Origin: Macrostomum lignano
Taxonomy: Eukaryota
NCBI GenBank assembly: GCA_002269645.1
Contig: NIVC01001518.1
Location: 1-64,000, forward strand
Direction: 5' to 3'
Length of the DNA stretch: 64,000 bases
Of this stretch, positions 24,560 to 36,422 are shown piece by piece (the first letter of the stretch is position 1; each line of letters opens with the position of its first letter). Under the pieces are notes generated by a model. That model was given only the letters and a program-made list of their open reading frames with translations, did not search any database and had not been told where the DNA came from. The translations under genes were made by a program, and so were the position numbers.

Positions 24560-24760
24560 CGTCCTCCTCTCGCGTCCCTAGTCGATGGACAGCTGGCTTC
24601 GCCCTCTGAAAATGAGCCCGGCATTGACACGCGGTGCAACTCTGAAACTCTGAACGCTCTAACGACAGTCTTTACTCTAAATTGTCCATCTGGAATAGTG
24701 GCGGAGGGACTCAAACTCGGGGACCTCAGCAACAATTCATAACAGCTGCGGGCCTGGAGG
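24560..24760 (-). mobile_element. Possible DIRS-like tyrosine recombinase relic
   Basis: 'SPSATIPDGQFRVKTVVRAFRVSELHRVS' resembles DIRS YR 'P......L.LKTVFLLALAS..RVSELHALS'. The match is short. Confidence 0.3.
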
Positions 24761-25489
24761 AGACTGGATAGAGGGGCTGACTGATCAGAGCACATTCCCA
24801 GGGATTACTTATATCCCAATTAACTACAATTATATAGTCAATTATACAATAATCCAGTTGATTATTGCAGACGTCAATGTAGTGACTGACACGGAACCGA
24901 GATACTATGCTGAGTAAGACTTCGGCCCCGACTTGGGCATTGATTGCGATATACGTAGAAACGTACATCCAACTACACGTACACCAACCTTGCACGTACA
25001 TCAGCTCATATGTGCATTTGGAATAAAATAGCCCGCGCAGGGAATGAGGGTATAGCCGTGTATAACAATTATGTACTACTATCATTATGACGCTGGGGCC
25101 CCGGACTAAGCAGGGGGATGCGACTTCCTGAGGGCAATGGCCCAGAGACGCGCTTTCTGACTGCTCCCCCCTTTCTGGCTACTGCGTGGCCGGCGGGAGC
25201 AGTACCTTGTTGTTGTTGTTGTTGTTGTTGTATCATTATGTTTGTTTGATTAGCTATGTACTACTACGAGCTATTATATATTTTTGTTTATTTTTTTTGT
25301 TTTTATTCAGTGTGCTGCAAAAACAACTTATTCAGGGGCACAAGTGTCATAAAATAAGCCAAGTCATGGTATAGTTGCAACAGGGACAACTTCCAACTAT
25401 ACTAAATCTCTAAGGTTTGTATGTTTGCTTGAATAAACTACTCGTACCTAGTTATCAAAATTAAGGACTCCTGGCTGTTGCTTGTTGTG

Positions 25490-26860
25490 TGTGATTGGGG
25501 AATCTGAAGGCCGTTGTGTGTGATTGGGAATCTGAAGGCTGTTGTGTGTGATTGGGAATCTGAAGGCTGTGGTGTGTGATTGAGGCATTTGAAAGCTGTG
25601 GTGTGTGATTGGGGAATCTGAAGGCTGTTATGTGTGATTGGGAATCTGAAGGCTGTTGTGTGTGATTGGGAATCTGAAGGCTGTGGTGTGTGATTGAGGC
25701 ATTTGAAAGCTGTGGTGTGTGATTGGGGAATCTGAAGGCTGTTATGTGTGATTGGGAATCTGAAGGCTGTTATGTGTGATTGGGAATCTGAAGGCTGTGG
25801 TGTGTGATTGAGGCATTTGAAAGCTGTGGTGTGTGATTGGGGAATCTGAAGGCTGTTATGTGTGATTGGGAATCTGAAGGCTGTTGTGTGTGATTGGAAA
25901 TCTGAAGGTTGTTGTGTGTGATTGGGGAATCTGAAGGCTGTGGTGTGTGATTGAGGCATTTGAAAGCTGTGGTGTGTGATTGGGGAATCTGAAGGCTGTT
26001 ATGTGTGATTGGGAATCTGAAGGCTGTTGTGTGTGATTGGGAATCTGAAGGCTGTGGTGTGTGATTGAGGCATTTGAAAGCTGTGGTGTGTGATTGGGGA
26101 ATCTGAAGGCTGTTATGTGTGATTGGGAATCTGAAGGCTGTTGTGTGTGATTGGAAATCTGAAGGCTGTTGTGTGTGATTGGGAATCTGAAGGCTGTGGT
26201 GTGTGATTGAGGCATTTGAAAGCTGTGGTGTGTGATTGGGGAATCTGAAGGCTGTTATGTGTGATTGGGAATCTGAAGGCTGTTGTGTGTGATTGGAAAT
26301 CTGAAGGTTGTTGTGTGTGATTGGGGAATCTGAAGGCCGTTGTGTGTGATTGGGAATCTGAAGGCTGTTGTGTGTGATTGGGAATCTGAAGGTTGTTATG
26401 TGTGATTGGGGAATCTGAAGGCCGTGGTGTGTGATTGAGGCATTTGAAAGCTGTGGTGTGTGATTGGAAATCTGAAGGTTGTTGTGTGTGATTGGGGAAT
26501 CTGAAGGCCGTTGTGTGTGATTGGGGAATCTGAAGGATGTTGTGTGTGATTGGGAATCTGAAGGTTGTTGTGTGTGATTGGGGAATCTGAAGGCTGTTAT
26601 GTGTGATTGGGAATCTGAAGGCTGTTGTGTGTGATTGGGGAATCTGAAGGTTGTTATGTGTGATTGGGGAATCTGAAGGCCGTGGTGTGTGATTGAGGCA
26701 TTTGAAAGCTGTGGTGTGTGATTGGAAATCTGAAGGTTGTTGTGTGTGATTGGGGAATCTGAAGGCCGTTGTGTGTGATTGGGGAATCTGAAGGATGTTG
26801 TGTGTGATTGGGAATCTGAAGGTTGTTGTGTGTGATTGGGGAATCTGAAGGCTGTTATTT
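25490..26860. repeat. 28-29-bp minisatellite with higher-order structure (GTGTGTGATTGGGAATCTGAAGGCTGTT / GTGTGTGATTGAGGCATTTGAAAGCTGTG)
   Basis: Direct tandem units. Confidence 0.95.
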
Positions 26861-26874
26861 GTGTGGCGTACATG

Positions 26875-27186
26875 TACATGTATAATGCTGAAAATTCGAA
26901 TAAATGGTTATTTAATTGTAACTTTATAGATTCATCTCAACTATAGTTGTTTTGCAGCACAAAAACATACTATGGAAGGTTGGCTTACTTGGTTATAATA
27001 ATCCCGCAATCAGGACGTTTGTTTGAAGTTAGTTTTTGTTTAAACTAGGGGATCTATTCAGCAAGCACAAAAGAACGAACAAATGGACCCAGCAGCCAAC
27101 GAGTGGTGGCTAATATAGCTAGTTGGTGACAATGCTTATACATGCCAAGAGTCAAGAGAAATGTTTAAAAAATCGAATTACAGCTA
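26875..27186 (+). repeat. About 310-bp dispersed repeat, copy 1
   Basis: Colinear with 38773-39078 (ATCCCGCAATC..AGGACGTTTGTTT..AACAAATGGACCCA..TGCCAAGAG). Confidence 0.8.
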
Positions 27187-27199
27187 AGTTCAGGCGTGT

Positions 27200-28490
27200 C
27201 GTAAGTATGTGCCTGTGGCGCTAAAATGAGTGCCTGTGGCGCTAAAATGAGTGCCTGCGGCGCTAAAATGGTGCCTGTGGCGCTAAAATGAGTGCCTGTG
27301 GCGATAAAATGGTGCCTGTGGCGCTAAAATGAGTGCCTGTGGCGCTAAAATGGTGCCTGTGGCGCTAAAATGAGTGCCTGTGGCGCTAAAGTGAGTATCT
27401 ATGGCGCTAAAATGAGTGCCTGCGGCGCTAAAATGTGTGCCTGTGGCGCTAAAATGAGTGCCTGCGACGCTAAAATGAGTGCCTGTGGCGCTAAAATGAG
27501 TGCCTGTGGCGCTAAAATGAGTGCCTGTGGCGCTAAAGTGAGTGCCTGCGACGCTAAAATGAGTGCCTGCGACGCTAAAATGAGTGCCTGTGTCGCTAAA
27601 AATGAGTGCCTGCGGCGCTAAAATATGTGCCTGTGGCGCTAAAATGAGTGCCTGTGGCGCTAAAATGAGTGCCTGTGGCGCTAAAATGAGTGCCTGTGGC
27701 GCTAAAATGAGTGCCTGTGGCGCTAAAATGGTGCCTGTGGCGCTAAAATGAGTGCCTGCGACGCTAAAATGAGTGCCTGTGGCGCTAAAGTGAGTATCTA
27801 TGGCGCTAAAATGAGTGCCTGCGGCGCTTAAATGTGTGCCTTTGGCGCTAAAATGAGTGCCTGCGACGCTAAAATGAGTGCCTGTGGCGCTAAAATGAGT
27901 GCCTGTGGCGCTAAACTGAGTGCTTGTGACGCTTAAATGGTGCCTATTGTGCTAAAATGAGTGCCTGCAGTGCTAAAATGAGTGCCTGTGGCGCTAAAAT
28001 GAGTGCCTGCGACGCTAAAATGAGTGCCTGTGGCGCTAAAGTGAGTATCTATGGCGCTAAAATGAGTGCCTGCGGCGCTAAAATGTGTGCCTTTGGCGCT
28101 AAAATGAGTGCCTGTGGCGCTAAAATGGTGCCTGTGGCGCTAAAATGAGTGCCTGCGACGCTAAAATGAGTGCCTGTGGCGCTAAAGTGAGTATCTATGG
28201 CGCTAAAATGAGTGCCTGCGGCGCTAAAATGTGTGCCTTTGGCGCTAAAATGAGTGCCTGCGACGCTAAAATGAGTGCCTGTGGCGCGAAAATGAGTGCC
28301 TGTGGCGCTAAAATGAGTGCTTGTGACGCTAAAATGAGTGCTTGTGACGCTAAAATGGTGCCTATTGTGCTAAAATGGTGCCTGTGGCGCGAAAATGAGT
28401 GCCTGTGGCGCTAAAATGAGTGCTTGTGACGCTAAAATGGTGCCTATTGTGCTAAAATGGTGCCTGAGGCGCTAAAATGAGTGCTGACAA
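27200..28490. repeat. 21-bp minisatellite (GCGCTAAAATGAGTGCCTGTG), followed by a MITE-like tail ending ATGGCGACGCCCCTG at 28593
   Basis: Direct units; the same family occurs at 29375-29435 and 58505-58990. Confidence 0.95.
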
Positions 28491-29878
28491 CACCGATTCT
28501 AAAATTGTGTACAAGTAGGAATTTCGTCGTGACATGTACATGTAGAATTCTTGCCTTTGTCCCCCCACCATAAAATCCATGGCGACGCCCCTGGCTAAGT
28601 TAACTGCTAATTTATTTGAACAAATATTTATTTTACCTCTGCATGCTTTATACATGTACATGCCTGCATGTACGAGCTATATGCATGCTTGCCTACAATG
28701 CCTTTCCTTCACAAAAATGTAGCCCAATTTTTCACCAAGCAAGAACTTACAATGTACTCGTACGAGTATCGCGATGCATGATAGCAGTCCTTATATGGCA
28801 ATCATTTTCTCAGTGTCTTTATATAAATTAAAGCACAATTTGCAGTGTCACATGTTTAAAGTTATATTGATTCGCAATTTGAGTGCCAATTATATGTAAC
28901 TGTCTTCACGAAATCGAGATTGAATGCCTATTATGCTATCAACTATCAACAGAACGCCTTTTGGAACAATTAGTATAATGCATTTAGTTGCTAAACGCTG
29001 AAATTGACGCAAGAAGGATACGCGTAGACTTGAATTTTCAGCTGATACATGTAAATTCACAATAAGCTGGCAATTGTAGCTGGACATGCTGAAAAATCAG
29101 GTTTGCCGAATTTGCCTGAGCAGATCGAGACATTTGTTTTTGAAAACATTGTACATGTACATGTAGTGCTTGTGTGATGTCACCGAATACCTACAGTGTA
29201 TATATAAACCCATGTGGCGTCGCCACCGGGAGGGGGCGCGTCCTCCTTACATGTATGTCCACCAAGTACATGTTAAAGCTACTGCTGTATGGGGGACATA
29301 TCCCAAGCTTAATTTGTCCCCCTGGCCAGCCACCAATTGTGACCCGTTGTAAAAAGCAATAATTATTTTATTTCAGGGCGCTAATGAGTACCTGTACGCG
29401 TCTAAATGAGTGCCTGCGGCGCCAAAATGAGCGCTAACAACACGGAAGACACTGTCATGTACATGTACATGTAAAGTTCTCTCTGCTTGTCCCCCGGCCC
29501 ACTATAAAATCAATTATGGCGGCGCCCGTTCATGTAAACCTAACAATAATAAACCCAAAGAGCAAGACCAAGTTTGAAACCTCCGACTTATTTTCCTAAT
29601 TCTTTACTGATTGCTGTGTCACAGAAGACTGTACAGTACGTCATATACCAATCCAAACACCAGCTTGTTCTCTCCTGTCAGATAGCTATTGCAGGAATAA
29701 TAACTAGCATTTTTCCTATCTTGCGCCTGCGTATTTTTTTGCGCATGGTTTTTGGCAACCGATTGGGTCGTTTTACATGTATTTGTCTTTGTGAGGAACA
29801 ATAACAGTAGTCCTTTCCAGTTCCTTTTCTAAATTCTTTTTGTTCCGTGCGCTGAAAGGCACTCCACCTAAGGGCAAA

Positions 29879-31083
29879 GGACTAGTCAGGCATTCTACTC
29901 ATGAAAAACACTTGACTAGACCATGGGTCCACGATGGGTCCATGGGTCCACGAGTCCTATAAGAAGGACTCGACTAGTCACGGATCCTGCATGTGGACTC
30001 GAGAAATCTGAGCTATTTTCGTTTCATTTGATTTCGGCGCTATTAATGTGTTATATATATATATTATATCAGGGCGTAGCCAGAGGGGGGCAAGGGGGGC
30101 CGCGGTCCGCCCCCAATCACCAACTCTGGCCTTGGCGCCCCCCCCCCAGAAATGCGCTTTGCCGCCCCTTTGGAAATGCTGCCGCTTTCCAGGCGCCCCC
30201 CCCCCCCGATAAAGAAACTGGCGCCCCCCCCCTATAAAGAAACTGCCCCCCCCCCTCCATAAAGAAACTGCCCCCCCCTATGAAAAAACTGCCTCCCCCT
30301 ATAAAGAAACTGGCGCCCCCCCCATAAAGAAACTGGCGCCCCCCCTAAAAGAAACTGGCGCCCCCTAAAAGAAACTGGCGCCCCGCTAAAGAAACTGGCG
30401 CCCCCCCCCTATAAAGAAACTGGCGCCCCGCTAAAGAAACTGGCGCCCCCCCCTATAAAGAAACTGGCGCCCCCCTAAAATAAACTGGCGCCCCCTAAAA
30501 GAAACTGGCGCCCCCCTATAAAGAAACTGGCGCCCCCCCCCCCTATAAAGAAACTGGCGCCCCCCTAAAGAAACTGGCGCCCCCCCCTCTATAAAGAAAC
30601 TGGTGCCCCCCTATAAAGAAACTGGCGCCCCCCTATAGAAACTGGCGCCCCCCCCTCTATAAAGAAACTGGTGCCCCCTATAAAGAAACTGGCGCCCCCC
30701 TATAGAAACTGGCGCCCCCCCCCTATAAAGAAACTGGCGCCCCCCCCCCTATAAAGAAACTGGCGCCCCCCTATAGAAACTGGCGCCCCCCCCTATAAAG
30801 AAACTGGCGCCCCCCCCCCTATAAAGAAACTGGCGCCCCCCCCTATAAAGAAACTGGCGCCCCCCCTATAAAAAAACTGGCGCCCCCTAACTCACGCCCC
30901 CCCCAATCAAAATTCCTGGCTACGTCCCTGTATTATATGTATATATATATATATATATTAAAATGAAACGAAAATAGCTCGGATTTCCCGAGTCCACGGG
31001 AGCCGTGACTAGTCGAGTCCATGCCATCGTGGACCCATGGTCTAGTCAAGTGTTTTGCATGTAGTGGAATGCCTTACTAGTCC
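29879..31083. mobile_element. Foldback MITE with ~150-bp inverted arms and a central (TA)n tract hosting a nested insertion
   Basis: GGACTAGTCAGGCATTCTACT..CACTTGACTAGACCATGGGTCCACGATGG versus CCATCGTGGACCCATGGTCTAGTCAAGTG..GTAGTGGAATGCCTTACTAGTCC; GAGCTATTTTCGTTTCATTT versus AAATGAAACGAAAATAGCTC. Confidence 0.8.
30070..30930. mobile_element. hAT-like non-autonomous element with 8-bp TSD, carrying a CCCCCTATAAAGAAACTGGCG minisatellite
   Basis: TIRs CAGGGCGTAGCCAG / CTGGCTACGTCCCTG; TATTATAT at 30062-30069 and 30931-30938. Confidence 0.85.
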
Positions 31084-31110
31084 GCGCAAATGGGCTGTAG
31101 TTCTAGCTTC

Positions 31111-31290
31111 TATAAATAAGTGCTAGTCATTTAGTTCCGTATATTTCTCTCTACCTATAAATAAGTGTTAGTCATTTAGTTCCGTATATTTCTCTCTACC
31201 TATAAATAAGTGTTAGTCATTTAGTTCCGTATATTTCTCTCTACCTATAAATAAGTGTTAGTCATTTAATTCCGTATATTTCTGTCTACC
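31111..31290. repeat. 45-bp tandem repeat x4 upstream of gene B
   Basis: Units start at 31111, 31156, 31201, 31246 (TATAAATAAGTGTTAGTCATTTAGTTCCG...). Confidence 0.9.
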
Positions 31291-31912
31291 CCCGACACTC
31301 ACGTACCCCTGCTTCTGCATGTATGCTCAACCCAAAGTTCCTTATTAAAAGAACCAACCCCAAAGCATCACCCGCCCAAATCCAAAAGTGTACATTTAGG
31401 TACGAGCTACTACGATAAGTAATACTGTAATGCATGCATGCACTGCACTGTTGTACGCTGCATGGGTTTTCAACCTCCAAGAAGGTTCCTTATTTAAAGG
31501 AACGCTTTCCTAACAATGGCTGCAATACTGTATATACGACCAAAGCGATTTTATACAACCCTTTTAAAGACAAAATTCTACATACAAACATAAAAAATAT
31601 TCTGGATTCGATCGAGCTACCTAAATCTGCCGCATATTCGGTAAGAAATCACAAAAATTCGTAATTTTTAACTTGCATACTTTTTTACGTTGATCCTGAA
31701 GTACGTACGACGTACAATCAATAACACGTCATATAAGTACATGTTTCTATATTTCCTTTCTCATACGTTTGCTTTAACTTTCAGAAATGCTTCAGTGAAC
31801 GCGCGAGTGAAATACCTTTCTTAAAGATAAAATATCACTAAGCAAATCATGCAGACTGAATCGTCAAGTCGCATAGTTAGTTAATTGTGTACCACAGTCA
31901 CAACAGCTTATC

Positions 31913-34900
31913 ATGGAAGCGACGGGCACTGCTACAACTACATCTCAGTTGGATGTGCTAAAAGCCGTCTTAGAGACAATACCTGACAAAAGCTTGAGAG
32001 ATCAGTGCTGTTTCAAAGCGGCAAAATCGGCTTCTGTCAAAGGTCAACTGGATCTGGTAATATATCTTGTTTCGGAAATCTGTGACCCAAATTTAAAAGA
32101 CCAGTGCTGCATTGAGGCAGCGAAGTCTGCTAGTCGAGGAGAAGTGGTAGAATTTCTCATCTCGTGTATCTCAAGTCCGGATCAGAGAGCAAATCTCCGT
32201 TTCCAATGCGCAGTCACGGCTTGCTCTCGTCTTCACGAAGATGTCGTTGCCTCCCTCGGCCTCGAGCCCGACTGGCTCTTCCAATACAGCACCATCCTCA
32301 GCTTCACTGCTGAAATGGCCATCGAAGGCAGGAACTCTGTTCTCACCGACACCCTCTCTCGAATGCAGCCAGCTCACATCACACAGCTGCTCCGTCTCTC
32401 CATCTCTCAAAGACACGTTGCTCTTGCTGTCACAATTGCTGTCACACTGATCAATGATGAGCGAGTCAGCACAGAGCATGTCGATCTGCCAGACAGCACT
32501 GGAGCCACTGTTCTCATGCTGGCAGCTGATGCAGATCATCACGAGCTCATTGAGAAACTCATCGATCTCGGTGCGTCAGTGCGTGTTGAAGACAGGCAGG
32601 GTCGGACTGCTCTGTCACGAGCGTGCGAAGCCGGTCACGTGCGAGCAGCCAAGGCTCTGATGGACAGAGGAGCGGATGCATGTCATCGAGACGGTCGGGG
32701 TCTGACGTGTGCGCAGGTGGCACAGCTATTCGAGCAGCGGCAGGTTCTGCGGCTGCTGGATCGCAGTGGAGCGGGGTGAGTGAGGCAATAATTTCATCAA
32801 TTTTAGAATAAAATGGCATAAATGCGTGAAGTTCAAAACACTTCAGCCGTTAATTTTTATGTAAAAACTTAGATAAAGCGTCTCCGATACACCGAATGAT
32901 TTTTTTATTCACGCATTGCAGAAGCCCAGAGGCCCGGCAGGCAGCCGCTCATCGCTTGGATTGGGGCCTCCATCGGTGAGTCTGACCGGTTCAGCTTTTG
33001 CTGCCGCATTGCTCCTTCTAACAGGCTGGCAGCTTGGGGCAGAAATTGCGGCGAAACTCAGCAAGGTTGAGATTGGGTTGGACTGAGCGCTGCAGCAGCT
33101 GCACTCTCAGCTCTCCTGCTTGAGATGCCAGTCTGAGTGCTGCAGCAACTGCACTCTCAGCTCTCCTGCTTGAGATGCCAGTCTGAGTGCTGCAGCAACT
33201 GCACTCTCAGCTCTCTTACTTTTTCTGTCCGAGCAAATCACCCACACGCATCTCGGATCATTCCAGGTTCTCAGACGACTCTCAGCAAGACAGGCTCCTG
33301 AGCGAGGAGCTGCATCGACTGCTCAGCGATGCGGGATTCATCCAGGAGAGAGCAGAGTGTCAGCAGAGACTGGCTGACCGTCTGCAAGGAGTCGCTCGAG
33401 TCCTCACACAGGATGGCAATCGCAGGCAGATGACGGGCAGCTACGCAGAGGGCTGGGCCAACAGTCTGGTGCAAGTGAACGGCAGGACAGATGCAGACTC
33501 GGACATTGGCTGGACTGTGCTGGTTGCTGGGCAAGAGTTCCATCTGGAAGGTGGCTGCGACAGACATTGGCAGCCATTGGCAGCCAGATGCACCACTCGG
33601 CTGCAGGTCACGGAAGGCTACGCGCAGGTAGCAGTGGGAGCAGGTGAGTGAGGCTGGGTTCATCACCAGAATGTTACTTCTATTTTGCAGTCCTATCATT
33701 TAGCTTTTATTCGTATGTATGTAATTGGAATCCAAAATTCGCAACCGAATGGCGTCCAGGCGTACATCAAATTATAGTCCAAACTGGCCCTAACTGCTCC
33801 GCTTCATATATTTTTCATATTCGAGCACAATGATAGAAAACCATGTATATAGATATTTTTATTAATTTTTTTATTTGTTTTATTATTTAAATACTTTTTT
33901 GGTTCTTCAGTTTGTGTTAACATACCAGTACTAGATACAAATATTCGCAGTCATAGAAAAGCCTAAAATGCCATATCAAAGTACTTTTCACAGGCTCTAA
34001 AGCGACTCAGGAATAGTATCAATGGATATAATTAGGAGAATATCAGCCGTTTGAAACCCATTAATCCGCTCTGCAGGCAGCCAACCTGCAGTGACAGCCA
34101 TGGCGTGCGGTGTGCGGTCTGCACAGAGCACGTGCCATGCGATCCAGTGCTGCAGCAGTTTCTGTGAGGACAGAGTTGAAAAACTGTTTCCATACAGTGA
34201 TAAAGTTCATCTTGTGCGGGCGACCAGACCGAGCTCGACCAACGAGCTCAGAGTGAGCTTCAGCTTCCAAGAGAAAGACATCATGAGACGGCTGAGTACA
34301 GTCCAGGGCCAGCTGTTCATACTCATCAAGTTCATCTTCAAGAGACACTTGCCGCTCACTCTGGACACACCTGGACTCAAGTCCTACCATGCAAAGACTC
34401 TGCTCTTCTTCATGCTGGAAAAGCATGGCAAAGATCCTGAAACTGAGGCTTGGCAGCCCCACAATCTGATCGCTCTGCTCAACGAGTCTCTCGACATGAT
34501 GCTGAGCTTCATCGACTCAAGCAGCTCGCCCGATGAGTGCATGCCGCACTTCTTCATTCCCGACGCTCCGCTCTACTTCAAGAACGCTGGAATCGGCGGC
34601 GACTTCGACAACACGAAGGCGAGGGTTCGAGACCGACTTTGTGAGCTGAGAAGCGACATCGGCGGAGTGGTCGAGCAGCTGATGAGTCTCCTGAGACCTC
34701 TGCAGTCAGAAAAGTTCTACTTTCACCCGTTCACTCTGCTGCCTCTGACAGCGCCGCCTGCTGTCACGGAGATCAGGGAAGGAAGTGGCTATCCAAAAAT
34801 TCACTACAAGTTCGCAGACGTGTACATTGTGGTGCACCAATGTGTGAGCGAGCTGCAGTCGGAATCGAGCGACAGAGACACCCTGATGAGGCAGCTCAGT

Positions 34901-36422
34901 CTCCTGCATCAGCTGCCGTGGTGCAAGTGCGCCGCCCTGTGCATGACCGCCATGGCGCATTTGAAGTTCGGAGAATCTGAGGAGGCTGAGAGACTCGCGA
35001 TGGAGCTGCAGAGACATCAGGTTGAGTCAGGGTTGAAGCCACAGGATATTCAGAGAGAAATTGAGATGATCACAACTGGAATGCTAGCAGACTCAGACTG
35101 GGCGTGTAGGTTCTGCCTCCCCTGCGACTCTCCGCCTCGCTTCCCATTCCTTCCCGAGTTCACGCAGACTCTGTTCACAGCCAGACTGTCGCAGCCTCTC
35201 TCCTCCCACCTGTACGTGAACTTCCGCTGCCTGAGCTGGAGTCTCCAAGCTGAGCTGCTCCACAATCGCGCACCTGCAATCGCATTCGATCATTGGATTG
35301 AACAGCTGCTTGGAGACCCGGACTTGGAGGAGCTGCTCACTCTGGCTCACTACAGCGACTGCCGCGAGCACGTGGAGCTCAGCCTGCAGCAGATGGAGAT
35401 GATCAAACAAGAGAGACGCGTCGCCATGGAGACGCAAGACGAGGAGAAGATCGGCTGGGTCAGGGAGAAGCTGAAAAAATTAGACCCACCTTTCTTGAAG
35501 ACATGGGAAAAGGTTCAGTTTCTAGGCAGAGGAGGCTTTGGTGAAGTTCACGAAATTGTCACAGATAAAAACGTAAGCTGTGCCGCAAAGATTCTAAAGA
35601 TGCCGTCGCAGCTTGGAGCTTCCTCTAACTCGAAAAGCAGCGAAATAGAAAAAATCATAGCAGGTGAAAGAAATCTGTATGGATTGCAGCATGACAACAT
35701 AGTCAAGTTCCTTCATATAGCTCAGACAGAGCCTGCGACTATCGTTGTCTTCACGGAGCTGCTGAAGGGTCAAACCTTAGAGGCATTTATTAACAAGGAG
35801 CCTCTTAAAGACAGAACCACACGAGAGTTCTGCAAGCAGGTAACTTAAGCTGTTTATTACTGATCTATTATGCCATTTCCAGATTGCATATTTTTCATTT
35901 TTCAATGCATGAATAATTCAGATCTGCAGCGCCCTGGCCTACATTCACAATCGGAAGCAGCCAGTGATTCACCGGGACATCAACTGTAGCAATATAATTG
36001 TACTTGAAGACAGCCGGAAAATCAAGCTGATTGACTTCGGCCTGTCAATTATACTGAAGCAGTCGATGAGCCACATCTCATCCAGCAGTCAGTATCCCAA
36101 GGGCACTCTGAACTTCATGGCGCCAGAGCTGCTCGGATCAGGGGGATCGGACAGCTTGCAGTACAGCAGACAGTCAGACATCTGGGCGTTCGGCTGCTCC
36201 GTCTACCAGATGGCCACTGGGGCCAGACCGCTTGGGCACACGGGCAACATTTTCCAAATGGCACTGATACTATCCCAGTCCGACGCGCCCCCTCTGCCTG
36301 ACTGTTGCTCCTCAGAGCTGCAGAATTTTTACGGCTGCTGCACCACTCGAAACCGCCAGGACAGAAAGTCCGCGTCGGAGCTGATGGAGCACCCGTATCT
36401 GGTTACCATGGATACGATGTAG
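31913..36422 (+). CDS. Gene B: short helical repeats - ankyrin - cGLR-like pseudo-nucleotidyltransferase - STE11/MAP3K-like Ser/Thr kinase; exons 31913-32775, 32922-32975, 33267-33643, 34077-35839, 35922-36422
   Basis: Same splice sites and phases as gene A. The Mab-21 domain runs in frame into 'GRGGFGEVH..CAAK..GERN..HDNIVKF'. AAGCAG|GTAACT..TTCAG|ATC then gives 'HRDINCSN..KLIDFG..GTLNFMAPE..SDIWAFGC'. NTase acidic positions read SDIG and QST. Confidence 0.85.

Noticed and set aside
25438-28414. HT/PQ-rich and (MSACGAK)n ORFs
   Set aside because: Products of 28-bp and 21-bp minisatellites.
17826-36422. Bacterial CBASS/CD-NTase operon or contamination
   Set aside because: The genes are split by phase-consistent spliceosomal introns and carry metazoan Mab-21 motifs among eukaryotic transposons.
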